A stretch of DNA of 64,000 nt, from the NCBI GenBank assembly GCA_964019335.1, contig OZ025650.1:1-64000 (forward strand). The letters are read 5' to 3'. Position numbers and translations under genes: made by a program. The notes beneath the pieces are model-generated. The model did not search any database, was not told the origin of the DNA, and was given only the letters and a program-made list of their open reading frames with translations. This document shows, one piece after another, positions 45,216-57,520 of this stretch (its first letter is position 1; every line of letters begins with the position of its first letter). Source of the stretch: Diplonema japonicum. Taxonomy: Eukaryota > Protista > Euglenozoa: Diplonemea.

Positions 45216-45739
45216 TGTTAATACTCCCCTTCTAGTAAAACTATCCCACTTAAGACAGCCTCTAATAAACAATTCTGGTGTTTGAACGAATGGTTTTATA
45301 CAATCAAATTATTATCAATTTTCACTACGATGGAACACCAACGAGGTGCTGGCAACTAACTACCCACTAGGAATATTAACTTTTCTCTTAGGGGGTAACA
45401 TAAGGGCAAACATTCAGGAGTTACAATAATAACGGGGGGGGGGGGGGGGGGAGGGGGGAGAAATATCAACAAGAATATCGGGGCGTGGTTTCCTTTTTCT
45501 TTTTTTTCTCTGCGACCTTCATTTTCATATTTCCTCCTAGTGAGCGAGAGTGGGGGAAGGGGGTATGAGGTGTTTTGATGGAACGGATTTATTCAAAAAA
45601 AATCTAGTAAAAGAAGAGTGAAAAAAAGACTCCCACACATTACACAAACTGACGTTGCGGGGGGTACAGTAAAAAACGAACAATAAATAGGAAAGATTCA
45701 GAAGTTTCTTTTTTTCTTTTTTTTTTTTTTTTTTTTTTT

Positions 45740-47275
45740 TCAAGAAGCGAAAAAAAGCCTGGTTTTTGTAGCTGTCTCTGCTGCTTCCTTGGAACCCATT
45801 GTCCCAAGGCGGTCGATGAGCGAGGCGAAGAACCCAGGGAGGGATGTGTTGGCGATGGCAGTGGGGTTAAAAACAAGGACGCCCCCTTTTGGGAGTGCGT
45901 GGTAGAGGAGGAGGGACTTGCATGTCTTCGTCATGTCCGCTTTATTGCTACGGGTTGTCCGTTCAAGAAGGATCCCCTTGTCGATGGTGTAGCCGTTGGT
46001 GAGGTGGGTCAGTCCTTGCAGCTGGTAGTCAGGTATCAGGCTGCACTTAAACTGAACTGTCATTGAAAACAACATAGGAATGATGCTCTTTGTGATGCGG
46101 AAGGTGTCGAGGTCGCCGTGTTTCATGCAGTCGTTCCACACTTTCGTCCCTTGCGGCTGGCATGCTTTCTGGTACCGCACGCTGCTCACTACGGCAGGCG
46201 ACAAGGCTTTCACCGATACATTCGGCAACACGTACACAGCCCTCGTCAGAAAGAAGGTATGCTGTCTGAGCTCCTCTGGATCATCCATGTCAACCTCCGG
46301 GCAGTAGTTCCCCAAAGACGACATGTTGATGAACGACGACAGCAGGCGGTGTTCCTCCGCCGGCAGCTTCAAGCCTGTCTTGCACGAGAATGCAAACACC
46401 GCAGAGCCTTCACTCAGGCCGTCCAATTCCCCATCCAACTCCCACCCGGTCCCCACAACACCACCAGCAGCGCTGTACGGTGTTAATTCAGTTGCAAAGC
46501 CCTGCGGCAGCCTGCGCCCCAGACACCGTTCGGGAGACGCGACAGTCGACTGCTCCGACAAGCACGACGCCATCCTTGGGCCCGAGGACACCAGGCTTTC
46601 TACGGGCAACACGTTTTCATTGACAGACGTCAAAGAGTTCCTTGTGTTGCTGTACTCTGACCCCTCGGACGACTCCGAGCACTCAGAGCACTCCGAATCG
46701 ACAAGAGACTCCATCGCCACCTCAATGGAGTACCTGTCGTCCACTGGGCGCGAGTTCAACCGGATCCTCCGTGAGGGAGGCTGCCGCACGTAATGTGTCG
46801 TGGTGGGCGGTGTGAGCAGAGTCGCGGAAGTATCAATAGAAGCATAGCGGGGCTTCTTCCTTCCCACGGCAGAGGTTGCAAAGCCGATGGCAATCAGGCC
46901 ATGCGTGGCTGGGATGAAGACGGGAACGAAAATATCAGTGAAGTCACCTCGATGTGCGAGCGCGACAGCCGTCACCATTGTGTGGTACAGTGCCACACCA
47001 TAGCACAGCATCTCGTTGCTCCTCCGTGATGTAGTAGTGAGGCTGTCACGCATCATCAGCGCAGCACACCCACCGCATATCACGGCACATCCCAGCCACC
47101 GCATCACAACCACAACGGCAGCACCCCCATGGCTGCCTAGCACGCCAAATATCCAGTCGGGCCGCCCCATCATCATGACGATGCCAATGCAGATCTCCAG
47201 CCACCCATGCGCAGTCATCATGGTACACACATCAATGTCAAAGACACGCCTCAGGAGGACGTCTGCAGCCCGCAT
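45740..47275 (-). CDS. Hypothetical protein with four N-terminal TM helices, Ser-rich linker and globular C-terminal domain
   Basis: 511-aa ORF in cluster orientation; hydropathy judged by eye. Confidence 0.7.
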   Translation of the reverse strand: MRAADVLLRRVFDIDVCTMMTAHGWLEICIGIVMMMGRPDWIFGVLGSHGGAAVVVVMRWLGCAVICGGCAALMMRDSLTTTSRRSNEMLCYGVALYHTMVTAVALAHRGDFTDIFVPVFIPATHGLIAIGFATSAVGRKKPRYASIDTSATLLTPPTTTHYVRQPPSRRIRLNSRPVDDRYSIEVAMESLVDSECSECSESSEGSEYSNTRNSLTSVNENVLPVESLVSSGPRMASCLSEQSTVASPERCLGRRLPQGFATELTPYSAAGGVVGTGWELDGELDGLSEGSAVFAFSCKTGLKLPAEEHRLLSSFINMSSLGNYCPEVDMDDPEELRQHTFFLTRAVYVLPNVSVKALSPAVVSSVRYQKACQPQGTKVWNDCMKHGDLDTFRITKSIIPMLFSMTVQFKCSLIPDYQLQGLTHLTNGYTIDKGILLERTTRSNKADMTKTCKSLLLYHALPKGGVLVFNPTAIANTSLPGFFASLIDRLGTMGSKEAAETATKTRLFFAS

Positions 47276-47356
47276 GTTCCCTGTGGTAAGGTAGTGTGTG
47301 TCAGTGTGATCTTTAATATAACAGAATGTGGTACAATGGTTACAATGCCTGCGCTG

Positions 47357-49402
47357 TCACGAAGAAGGGAAGTCCGGAAAGTCGGGTTCAAAATCAGCAT
47401 CATCATCAGCAAAGATGTTGGGGTCCAGATGTGAGTGGTCGAGAGAAGGGTCGAGGTCCAGGGCAGCACCCAGGGCGTCGTGAGGAGGGCCAAGGCGCTG
47501 CTTCTCTGCAGCAAGTAACCTTTTTTCTTCTTCCAACTCCAACTCCGTGCGCAACTTAAGTTCTTCAGCTTGCTTGAGCTCTTCTTCCTCCGCAGCCTTC
47601 AGCGCTTCTGCCATCCGCTGCCCTCTCTCCTCTCTGTCTTGCTGTTCCCTAAGCTCTTCTGCCCTCTTCACTTCCTGAGCAAATCGCCTCTCTTCCGCTA
47701 AACGCATCTCTTCCGCCGCTTTCATAACCTCGATCTCTCTGAGTTCTTTTTCTCTTTGTTCCTTTTCAGCTCGGATCTTTTCCTCCCTTAGAGCTGCTAG
47801 CTGGGCTTTCCGTTCTTCCTCTATTCTCTTTTCTTCTGCTGCTTTTTCTTTCTTTGCTTGTTCAGCTTGTAATGCTGCCTCCTCTTCTGCCCGTGCCCTC
47901 TCAACTTCGTCCTTCTGCTGCTGCTTGATTTTCCGGATCTCATCTGTATCAGCATCAGGCCTTTCTGCAAGCATCGCTTGCAAGCGCGACACTTCTTCTT
48001 TTAACTTCTGTTCGTTTGTCCTGACGAGCACATTGTGGTGATTTGCAGCGTTCATCTCACATGACAGTGCCTCGTTGCGCAACCACAAGGGTATCCCAGA
48101 GTCGATGTGCAGCCGCACGGTGTCAGCGTCCACCGACTTCCACGACTTCCCATGGTCGGTGCTCACTAGCTCCACGTCCTTGCAGTCATCATTCCACGAC
48201 AGTGTGATGAACATGTGTGGTGTGGCCTGCCTGCGTGCGAACACGTAAGTCCCGTGCCCAACATCGCTACTATGCTTCCCGTCCTCCTTCAGCACAAGCT
48301 GTGTAGTCTCGATGCTGCTGTGTTCCATGGCATAGACAGCAAGCGCCGCGTCCTCCATCCTGTTCACAATGTCCACCAGGTGGGTGTTCTTCTCAGTTAG
48401 TTCTGTAACCTCTGCAGCGTGTGTACTACTGATGCTTAAATCTCGTATGAGTGCAGACGCCTTAAACACGTTGGCGCTCCTGCGCCCTACTTCAACGATC
48501 TCTCGCATGTTCCACAACTGCATCTCCCACATCTCTCGGTGAGTGGAGACCATGAATTCTGCCATCATCGCTGCAGGTGAGACATTGTTCCACTCCCAAT
48601 CACGGCTGACAGGGTCCAGCACGGCACCAATGCCCTGCCTCACCCTCCCAAGCTCTGAGTGTAACAAGGTCAAGTTTTGTGCTGTGGTCTTCGGGGGTGT
48701 CGTGTCTGTACGCATCGTTCCAGGTCGCCTGGGCGGCGACACGTACCTCATCGACGTGGCACCAGGGGTTGTCGCCTGCGTGAGGTGTAGCTCCCTAGCG
48801 GCCACACTGGGTGGGGGGATGGCGGTCACGGAGCGGTGTCCACTGCTCTGCCGTATTTTGTTCTTGTTGAGGGAATCACTAATGTGCGACTCCATCTGGC
48901 CAAGGTGCTTCGAGAGGGACTTCACGAGGGGGCTAACGTCAGAGGCGGTGGCCTTCTGAAGGTAGTCGAAGGACGAGACACTGGCGGGCGAGGTGTGCAC
49001 TGGAACGGGGAGAGCTGGGGATGGCGTTGTGTTGATACTACGTCTGATGCCGTTGCAGTTTCGTATGCCTTTCGGGGACGCCTGGTAAGAATGGGCAGGG
49101 CTACCCGTGCGGTGCGAAGGGCTGTAGGAAGTGACAGACTCGTGACCCATACGCACGCGGGGTGACGGTGTACGCGGGGGAAGCGTGTCCTGGCGGAGTC
49201 CAGCCTTTGGACGTGATGCAGGTGACCCCTTCCTAGGGACAGCTGGCCTCTGACCAGCTTCACGGCTAGCCTGTTGTGCTATAATGCGGGAAAGACAACA
49301 TACCTTCCTTGCAATCTCGCTGTACCTCGCAGACAAACACGCGGTGGCGATGTTCATTTGTATCTGCGAGTTGATCCGCTTTGACCGATCATCGTCGCCC
49401 AT
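47357..49402 (-). CDS. Hypothetical protein: Ser/Pro-rich N-terminus, E/K/R-rich coiled coil, acidic tail
   Basis: 681-aa ORF; composition. Confidence 0.75.
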   Translation of the reverse strand: MGDDDRSKRINSQIQMNIATACLSARYSEIARKVCCLSRIIAQQASREAGQRPAVPRKGSPASRPKAGLRQDTLPPRTPSPRVRMGHESVTSYSPSHRTGSPAHSYQASPKGIRNCNGIRRSINTTPSPALPVPVHTSPASVSSFDYLQKATASDVSPLVKSLSKHLGQMESHISDSLNKNKIRQSSGHRSVTAIPPPSVAARELHLTQATTPGATSMRYVSPPRRPGTMRTDTTPPKTTAQNLTLLHSELGRVRQGIGAVLDPVSRDWEWNNVSPAAMMAEFMVSTHREMWEMQLWNMREIVEVGRRSANVFKASALIRDLSISSTHAAEVTELTEKNTHLVDIVNRMEDAALAVYAMEHSSIETTQLVLKEDGKHSSDVGHGTYVFARRQATPHMFITLSWNDDCKDVELVSTDHGKSWKSVDADTVRLHIDSGIPLWLRNEALSCEMNAANHHNVLVRTNEQKLKEEVSRLQAMLAERPDADTDEIRKIKQQQKDEVERARAEEEAALQAEQAKKEKAAEEKRIEEERKAQLAALREEKIRAEKEQREKELREIEVMKAAEEMRLAEERRFAQEVKRAEELREQQDREERGQRMAEALKAAEEEELKQAEELKLRTELELEEEKRLLAAEKQRLGPPHDALGAALDLDPSLDHSHLDPNIFADDDADFEPDFPDFPSS

Positions 49403-50268
49403 ATTTTAAGTAGGGAGGTGGATGGGGAGGGGAGGGGTGGTGCCCTTTGTTGTTGGGTATGACAAAAATAATTTTAAAAAAACGGGGGGAAAGAAGAAAA
49501 AAAAGAAGACGTAAAAAAACAAGGAAACTAAACTGATTCTTTTAAGAACAACAAAGAACACACAAGGAATTGGCCCCAACGCCCCGCTGCTTGCGCAGGG
49601 GTGAATCTTGCACACAACTCATCTCACCTGTGCCTGCTTCCCTCTTTATTTCTCCGAGTTTGACAAGGACACCTTTCAAATGAAGATCGCGTCTGCCGTT
49701 CCCTTCTTGGGGCGGGGTTAACTACTAATGCTTGGGAACTGGGCGATAAGGCCCATGAGGAGTAGCAACCCTTTTGGTTCCTTTTCTTTTTTTTTTCCTT
49801 TCTCTCTTTTTCTTTTTTCAAAACCGCAAAAGCCCATATTCCTTTGAGGAAAAATACAGCTTCAAATATATATAAGAAATCCGAAACGCAATCTTGTATC
49901 AAATTCTCTCTTTCTTCTTTTTCGTTCTGGGTTTTCCCTCTTTTTTTCTTTCCTCCTTTCTCCTCTTCTTACTATCCTTTTTTTACCCGTGTATTCTAAA
50001 TAAGTATAAAAGAATTAATTCTGTCGAAACTTTTATTTCTTTCATAAAAAAAGAAATAAAAGGCGATGTCACATGCAAACTCCGCGTTAGAGCCGCAGGC
50101 CCCTAGAAGAAAGGGAGGGGGTATGGTCAGTACTACGAAATTCTCAGTTTCGGTTTAATCTCACGGCTCCAGGTGCTGACCTCATCAGGCGAAAGGCACC
50201 CTTCAACGGTTTCTACTACGTCGCGAGAGTACTGTTCCTGACCAATAAAAAAAATAACTGAACGTCGT

Positions 50269-50300
<32 letters not shown>

Positions 50301-50320
50301 TAAGCACCCTCTCCCCTTAC

Positions 50321-51160
50321 TCACTCAACACCGCCGTCGTTCACCAAAGGGGTAGTGTCATCAGCACAGGAAGACGAGTCTGACGTGTCAAGTATTACCC
50401 TTTCAGTGATGGGGGATCTGCATATGGGGCACGTCGCAAAACGACGGGAGCACATAGCGCAGCAAGTAGAGTGCAGACAAGGCCTGAATGCAATATTACA
50501 CGGTTCGACCATACATATGGAACAGTGCTTCCCATTAGGGGTACCAGCCAGGAAGAGACGTGACGTGTCAGGATGGCCTATAGGGAAGGAGGTGAAAGTT
50601 TCGTCAACATTGCTGGGTGTCTCGCTGCCGTAACTCTGCGTAGCGACATGAGCACCCACAGGGACCGCATATTGGGGAACATCTGCTCCGGACCGAGGCC
50701 ACAAGCTACCTACAACAACAGCAATCCATATCAACATGAAGGTGCATGGGATGGAGACTGACGCTACAGCCGACATCGGCACCCCGACCACCCATGCTAT
50801 CTCGTTGGTCACAGGGCTGTACCAACACTGTTTGATCGAACCCACAGTGGAACTTCTTGTGAAATCTTTGATGCACGACGATGTGCACTCGCTGCATATT
50901 GTAGATTCCGTTACGTTGGGTGTGTTCGGAAATGGGACCCCGCTCTGCTTCTGTACCTCTACCGTGTACGTCACGTAGCAAGCGCTTCCGGTTCCGCCCC
51001 CGTCGTTGCCGTGGGTGATGGCCGTGAACTCGCACCAAGCTTCTTGATACCCGTCATATTTCCGCTTAGCTGGCCAAAACAGTGCAAAGAACGCTACCAG
51101 AACCCACAACACCAACAACACCCCTGAGTAAAATATCTGCCTGTGTCCTGTCAAAGCCAT
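50321..51160 (-). CDS. Two-TM membrane protein with C-terminal C3HC4 RING finger (putative E3 ligase)
   Basis: CSICMVEPCNIAFRPCLHSTCCAMCSRRFATCPICRSPI; two hydrophobic segments flank a Cys-containing loop. Confidence 0.85.
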   Translation of the reverse strand: MALTGHRQIFYSGVLLVLWVLVAFFALFWPAKRKYDGYQEAWCEFTAITHGNDGGGTGSACYVTYTVEVQKQSGVPFPNTPNVTESTICSECTSSCIKDFTRSSTVGSIKQCWYSPVTNEIAWVVGVPMSAVASVSIPCTFMLIWIAVVVGSLWPRSGADVPQYAVPVGAHVATQSYGSETPSNVDETFTSFPIGHPDTSRLFLAGTPNGKHCSICMVEPCNIAFRPCLHSTCCAMCSRRFATCPICRSPITERVILDTSDSSSCADDTTPLVNDGGVE

Positions 51161-51832
51161 TGGGCTTTCATGTGTTTATTTCTTTTTTTTTTCCTTCCTC
51201 TTTCCTTGTGTTGTAGGGGAGAGAAAAAAAAAAGAGTAGAACAAAAAAAATGGGGAGAGAGAAGGGGAGGGGGGAAACAGTAACCACAAAAAAAAAAAGG
51301 AAAGGACAAAACAACATGTCGCACGGTGGTGAGGGTTAGGCCTTTCTTTTTTACTTTCTTTTTCCTATTCCTTCACTACAATGATACCTAATCATTTGCC
51401 CCCCCCCCCCCCCCCCCCCGTTCAGGCCTTACCTCCCTCCCCCACCCCTTTCTCTTTTCTCTTCTTTGTGCTTCTCTGCTACTCCGCCTGGACATAACGC
51501 ATTTCTTTAAAAACATGTTTTGTTTCCTTTTTCGTCTCCCCCCCTAGCCAAGACACAGGCGGGGGCAACTCAACGGGAAAGCATGGAGCTTGACTTCACT
51601 ATAGTCAGCACGGGGAATGGGAAAACACTATTTTCTTTTTCTTCTTCATTACCCCCCCCCCCCCCCCCCCCCGAGAGAAAGTAGCAAATAACAAAAAAAA
51701 AGAGAACGAAAATTGTATAACACTTTTTTTTCCTTTCTTTTCTTTCCATTCCTTTCCTCTTCTTTTCTCTCCTTCGTTTATTTATTTGCAAACAAAATTC
51801 TGCTTCCTCTCTTTTCTTTTGTTATTCCGTCC

Positions 51833-52970
51833 TCATTGTTGCCTCCTCCTTCGTCTCGGGACTGGGGCCTCCTCGTCTTGATTCCTTCTGCGGGGAGCAG
51901 GTTCCTCTGCCTGTTCCTCTTGGATCCGTTTGCGTCTGCGCCTTGCTGCAACGCGTTCATCGTCTTGGCGTTGTTGTTCTTCCTGTGCTTCTTGCTGCAG
52001 CCTCTGCCGCCTTCTCCTCCTCATCTGCCTTTGCTGCTCTTCTGTTATTTGCGCTTTTTGTTCCTCTTCGGCTCTTCTCGCACGGATCTCCTCAGCATGC
52101 TCCTCTCTTATGCGACGCTCTGTTGCAAGACGGCGCCTGCGGATCTGCCCAGGGCGTTCCTTTCTCTGAATATATATATATATATTTCTTTAACATTGTA
52201 CATACCTCATTGTTGACGTAGTCATCCTCATCCTCTGGGTCCGACGATTCGTAAGAAGAGTAAATAGCATCGCGGCCCTTGTCGTCCAGCCTTGAGATGG
52301 ACTTGACCAGCTCCCTGGTGCGGCCAGTGGGTTGGAAGTCGCCTTCATGTCTCTCACCGATACCAATGGCGTCGGCAGCTAGCTGATCAGACCTCTTGAT
52401 CTCACGAAGCCTGGATGCCTGCTCTTCGGTTTCCTGCTTCCTTTTTTTCAGGATCTCGGAAAGACGTTTGTTTTCCTGCCTGAAGACACGGATTTTAAGC
52501 CTTAAGCTGGTTCTGTTTGCGTCTTTTTCATCACGGATGTGGTCGATGATGTGCTGCATCTCGTCTATTTCCTTTTGGATGGTACGCCTGGCGGCCACCC
52601 AGTTGTCTTGGGTTTCAGAGTGCTGCAGGTCAGCAAGAGCGTCACGCTTGTCGAAACATGCCTGCCTTTCTTGATCGGCAATATCTCTGTTGGATTCTAG
52701 CCTGAACAGGGAGGCATGGATGTTCTCGTTATCGCCTCTGAGGAAGTCAGATGTGGTGGTGTCGTCGTTTCTCTCCATCTTGCTGTTGCATGCAGAGATC
52801 CTCTCCTTAAGGTTATTCACCACATCTAACAGGTTGTTGTGGACTACCATGTCCTTTGCTTGCTGGCTGGCGCCGCCCAGCGTGTACGCCAAGCACCCCA
52901 GCAAAAACATCCCCACGCACCCCATCGACACAACTATTTTTATTTTTTTAGATTCATAGGAGCTCGACAT
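51833..52970 (-). CDS. Type II membrane coiled-coil protein with R/Q/E-rich tail; 1 intron (52166-52205)
   Basis: N-terminal TM followed by coiled coil. A 40-nt GTATG..CAG intron joins it to the 51833-52024 ORF. Confidence 0.75.
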
Positions 52971-54171
52971 GTTTTCTTTTTTCTTCTCGTTATCCTGCTG
53001 TTCCCGTACGCCCCTTCCCTTTCCCCCTCCCTACCCTTTTTCTTTTCCTTGTATGGTTTGGTCTTTAAACTGCACCCGGGATTCAGGCTATCGATGTGCA
53101 CTTTCCACTTTTGAAAAAAAAAAAATCACTATGATAGGAAACGAAGTGGTTAGCAACGGCCCACAAAAATTCTGCTGAGGATTACGGTGAGAACAGAAGT
53201 TACTCTGAAAATGCTTTTTTTTTTCTTCTTCTTTTTTTTTTTAGAACTGTGGCATTACCGCAAAAACCCGGCTTCATTGTAAATAGAAGAAAATAAATAG
53301 AAAAAAAAAGATGAATGATTTTTTTTTTTTCGTTCCTTTTTTCTTTTCAAAAAAAAAATAAAGGAGAAAACAAAATAAAATACAAAAAAAGAGGGGGGGG
53401 GAAGAAGAAAAACTGCTACGCTCGGTAGTGGACTGTGCACATTTCTTTTCTTCTTCCTTTTTTCTTTTCTTTTCCCGCGCTGAAATCACAAGTAGCAAAA
53501 TGGGAGGATAAGGGGATAAGGAGAGAAAACAAGGGCAGGGGAAGAGGAGAGGAATGTAAAACCATGGCTTTTATTCCGTGCAGCAAAATGAAATAAAAGA
53601 AAATGATGGGTTCCAGTCTAAATCGAGAGAACGGAAGAAGAAAAAGAAAAGAAAAGAAAAACGCGACCTTTCAACGCCAGGTGGCACCATCGGCTCCTTG
53701 GGGGGATGCTATAGTAGTCAACTGACTTATTGGAGTGGGCTTCTAACCTGTGCGGCGCCACCGGTACAAACGGAAAAAGTACTAATTTAATAAGAGATAA
53801 AAGAGGCCGTGTGTTGGTGGCTCAATCTAGAGGACTTTCACTTCCCCCCTTTAAAGTCTTTTTGACCGAATAGCCCTCTTAGTATCCATAAGAAGCATTC
53901 ATTTTTGGTTTATTTAAAACATCAAAAACGAAAGAAAAAGGAGACTATATGTTGGGCAGTTCAAAAAAACAAAACAAAAAAAGGAAGCAGACAAAAAAAA
54001 AAAATGAATCTGGAGGAAAGAAAGAAAAAAAAAAAAAAAAAGAAGGAAAAAGAATCTCGTCGGTAGGGGAGGGGACAACAACGACAGTAACACACGCATA
54101 CTGTAGGCCGGAGATTTCTTTTTTTTTTTTTTTTTTTTTTTTTTTCTTTTTTCCCCCTCCTATCTTGATCT

Positions 54172-54859
54172 CTACTCTTCTTTGAGTTCGGGTTCCGCCT
54201 TTTTGAATGGCGTCGTCAAAAGGACCCAAAGTGCTTGCAAGATCAGAAACACGAACGAGTAGATCTTCTGAAAGAAGGAGAGGGAGGGGTCAGTCAACGA
54301 CGAGATAGCTGAGCCGGCCTTCTCATAAGAGGAAGGGGAGTAGTTGTTGAGCTGTTCCTTGGCGGTGGTGAGGGTGGGCGCCACGTGGGTCTTCGAGAGG
54401 TCAGCGACGGTGCTCTGCACGTCGTCCTTCCACTTGAGGAGCTTTGAGGTTACCTTTTCGTTGTGAGTCCCGAACTTTTGGCTTGCAGATGTGAACTGTT
54501 CACGGGATTTGTTTAGCACGGTCTCCACCCACTCCTTCTGCTCAGGAGTGGTTGATTCCTCATAGTAGGTTTTCGCCTTGATTAGCAGCTCTCTCAGCAC
54601 AGCCTCACATTTCGTGATCAGTTCCTGCACCCTCCCCTTCGCTGTCGTCAATGCCACCTTCGATTCCTCAAACTTTTCTCCGCCCTCCTTGCGCGCCTGC
54701 TCCACCAGCTCCGACAGTCTCACCAGCATGCCCTCAAGTTGCTGTTTTTTTCTTCTTCTTTTTTTCTCCTTTATAAAATTTACATACCACCTGAATCTCC
54801 ACAAGTGCTTTCTTGGCACTCTCCCCACCCTCTTGATACGACTTCTGAAGAGTATCCAT
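54172..54859 (-). CDS. Helical membrane-anchored family, paralog A; 1 intron (54742-54787)
   Basis: Spliced start MDTLQKSYQEGGESAKKALVEIQV|QLEG; amphipathic helices; C-terminal hydrophobic segment KIYSFVFLILQALWVLLTTPF. Confidence 0.8.
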
Positions 54860-55357
54860 TTTTATTTTTTGTTGTGTATAAAGAGATCTTCTTCATGTAA
54901 GAAAATTGTCTTCTTTGGTTTATAGTGAGGGAAATAACAAGAAAGTGAGTGTAGTTTTGATTGTCATCAAGTGTAAAAAGAAAGGGGGAATTAAAACGCG
55001 CTTTCGGCCGTGCGTACGCTGTTTCAAGTGAAAGGGTAATGGTCAAGCTTCTTATTCTTTTTACTTTTTTTCTTTTGAAACTTTTCGGAAAAGAAAAAAA
55101 AGAAATTCGAGCAAAAGAAACGTGACGTCTCTTACTTAGCTGCTTCAAAAGAAAAAGGGTGATGAGCTATTTATCTTTTTTGACCTCAGGGGTGGTGGTC
55201 ACCGTATTAAATTCTTCTTCGCCAGTAACTGTATTATAAAATAGAATTTGGGGGATGAATAAATAATTATGGGGCCACAGTAAGGGGTTGCTGCCTTCAT
55301 TGTCGAAACAAGCGGCAAATGTTAATGTTGGGCCACTTTCTTTTCATAGATTCTTAA

Positions 55358-56017
55358 TTAATGCAAAACAGGCAAACCAAGCCTCCCCGTGTTGCGCACA
55401 GTAGTGACAAAAAGGAGGCACAAGGCCTGTAAAATAAAGGTTACAAAGGTGATAATACGCTGGGGGTAGGAGAGGGAGGAGTCGAAAAGAGCTATGAATG
55501 CTGAATCAGCCTTCTCATAAGAGGAAGGGGAGTAGTGGTTGAGCTGCTCCTTGGCGGTGCAGAGCTGTTCCTTGGCGGTGGTGAGGGTGGGCTCCACGTG
55601 GGTCTTCGAGAGGTCTGCAACGGTGCTCTGCACAGTTGTAGTCCATTTTGCGAGCATCACAGCCACCTCGTCCGCCTTCTTCGCAACCTGGCCGGCGGTG
55701 TGCTTCCCGTTCTTCCCGAGGTCGCCTGTCGCCTCCCTCAGCCGCTCTGCTACCTTCTCAACAGTGTCGCGAAGGTTCTCCACGTGCTTCCGGACCTGCG
55801 ACCTCTTCTCCTCCGGGATGTGGTTCTCGTAGTACATCTTCACCTTCTCCTGCAGCTCACCGAGCACAGCCTCGACCTGTGACATCAGATCTTGTACTCT
55901 GCCCCCCGCAGTCGTGAGGGGCGACAGCCTCCCAGCGTACTTCCCTTCTCCTTCCTTGTGCAGCTGCTCAACCAGGACGGCTAACATCCCCAACGAAGGT
56001 GCGAAATCGTGCTGCAT
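55358..56017 (-). CDS. Helical membrane-anchored family, paralog B (5' end uncertain)
   Basis: 219-aa ORF; 55443-55888 reads identical to 61125-61570. Confidence 0.7.
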   Translation of the reverse strand: MQHDFAPSLGMLAVLVEQLHKEGEGKYAGRLSPLTTAGGRVQDLMSQVEAVLGELQEKVKMYYENHIPEEKRSQVRKHVENLRDTVEKVAERLREATGDLGKNGKHTAGQVAKKADEVAVMLAKWTTTVQSTVADLSKTHVEPTLTTAKEQLCTAKEQLNHYSPSSYEKADSAFIALFDSSLSYPQRIITFVTFILQALCLLFVTTVRNTGRLGLPVLH

Positions 56018-57152
56018 GTGGATTGATGATTGCTGAGGTGAGATGCTAGCTGCGGTACAGTAATAGTTGGAAGGGGGGGAAAAAAAATAGAGGGGCGAAA
56101 AGAAAAAAAAAAAGAATTAATAAAAAGAAACGATAAAAAATCCCCTCCCGCTTCTTCGACACCCGGTCCGAGCCTGTGGTTGTGGGTGGTTTTCTATAAA
56201 AAAAAATTATCCCCCCTTTTTTATTTAAAAATTTAGAATCAATAATATAAAAGAAAAGAAAAAAAACGAAAAAAAAAATAAGGTCAAACATTAAAAAAAA
56301 AAAGAAAGAATGAGAAACCTTTTGAATAGCAGGCCTCCCCCCTGTTCTTCGTTACCTAAAAGAAAGCATGCTAACAGAGGTTTTCTCGAAAAAAGAAAAT
56401 GGAAAAATAATTACAACACTCCTTCTTGCGTGTGCCTCGGTAGTGATGAAAGATGAAAGGAAGAGAAATAAATGGAAGAAAAAAAAAAGAAGATTTTAGC
56501 AGAGGAGAAATCAAGAATGGCCGTCTCTTTATTTGTGACTCATTTAGAGGAGCAGGGATAGCGATCGTTCTTATTCTTTTTCCCTCCATAATTTCCCATC
56601 CCTCAAATAAGGCAGTTCTTACACAGCATCTTCTTTATCCTCCCCCGCATATAAAAAAAAATAAAAGGGCGAGCGGGAAGTGGGGAAGGAAGAATAAAAA
56701 AGAGGGGGGGTAAACTTAGTTTGTTATTTATTTCTTCATTCATTTCTTTCGCCCCCCCCCCCCCTTCCCCTCTTTTTTCTCTCTTTTTGAGCGGGTTTTT
56801 TCGTTTTTTTTTCCTCTTTTTTTTTTTTTTCTGTTTTCTTGCTTTCATTTTTTTTTTCTTTTTCTTCTAGACTTTGTCTTTTGGCTTCGATCTGCGGAGC
56901 TTTGAGACACAAAAAACAAAAAAAAAAAAAATAATAACCAACCATGACGGAGAAAATGATAGCGTGCCTTGTCTCCTCTATTCGTCGAAGAATGGTACCT
57001 GTAGAAAAAGCAACAAACCCTTAGAGAAAAAGAAAAGAATCATAAGTAATCACCACATATTTATGGGAGGGGGATTAAGCCGTTCCTAGGTAATTCAGGA
57101 AGGATACCCCCCTCCTCCCCCCTTCCCTGTCCTCATTTCTTTTCGTTCTTTT

Positions 57153-57194
<42 letters not shown>

Positions 57195-57246
57195 ACTATT
57201 TAAGGGTGCCTGCAGTATGTGGCAGGGCGCCCTGCACAAGTATCGT

Positions 57247-57520
57247 CTACTTGATTACAGGGGGCGCGCCTCGGCCTAGTTGTAGCTTCTTCTGCGTTCC
57301 GCGTCGTGTCCTTAATGCGTGCGGTGTGCAACTCAACCCCAGCCATGGTGCCCCTGGTAACCAAGATTCTGAGCCCGTGCAGTTTGCTGCCTGTTCGTCA
57401 CCCTGAGCATCTGCGATACGTTCTTCCACTCGGGCGCTACCGACGAGGAGGTCAACAGCGAACAACACATCTGATGTGCTTCTTTATATTTCCATATTTC
57501 TGTGTTATCCCCACCACCAA
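57247..57520 (-). repeat. ~245-nt GC-rich dispersed element, copy 1 (no intact SL)
   Basis: Aligns to 59590-59841 with 14 substitutions, two 3-nt indels, one 1-nt indel and a 15-nt insertion (manual count). Confidence 0.9.

Noticed and set aside
50130-50200. Hammerhead ribozyme core (CTGATGAG...CGAAA on the minus strand)
   Set aside because: Stem I cannot form in any topology tried (C-C at the first pair) and stem II is only 3 bp.
57350-57435. Resemblance of the repeated element to 5.8S rRNA (GAAGAACGTA, GCAGAATC) or SRP RNA
   Set aside because: Only short words match; spacing and remaining conserved motifs do not fit.
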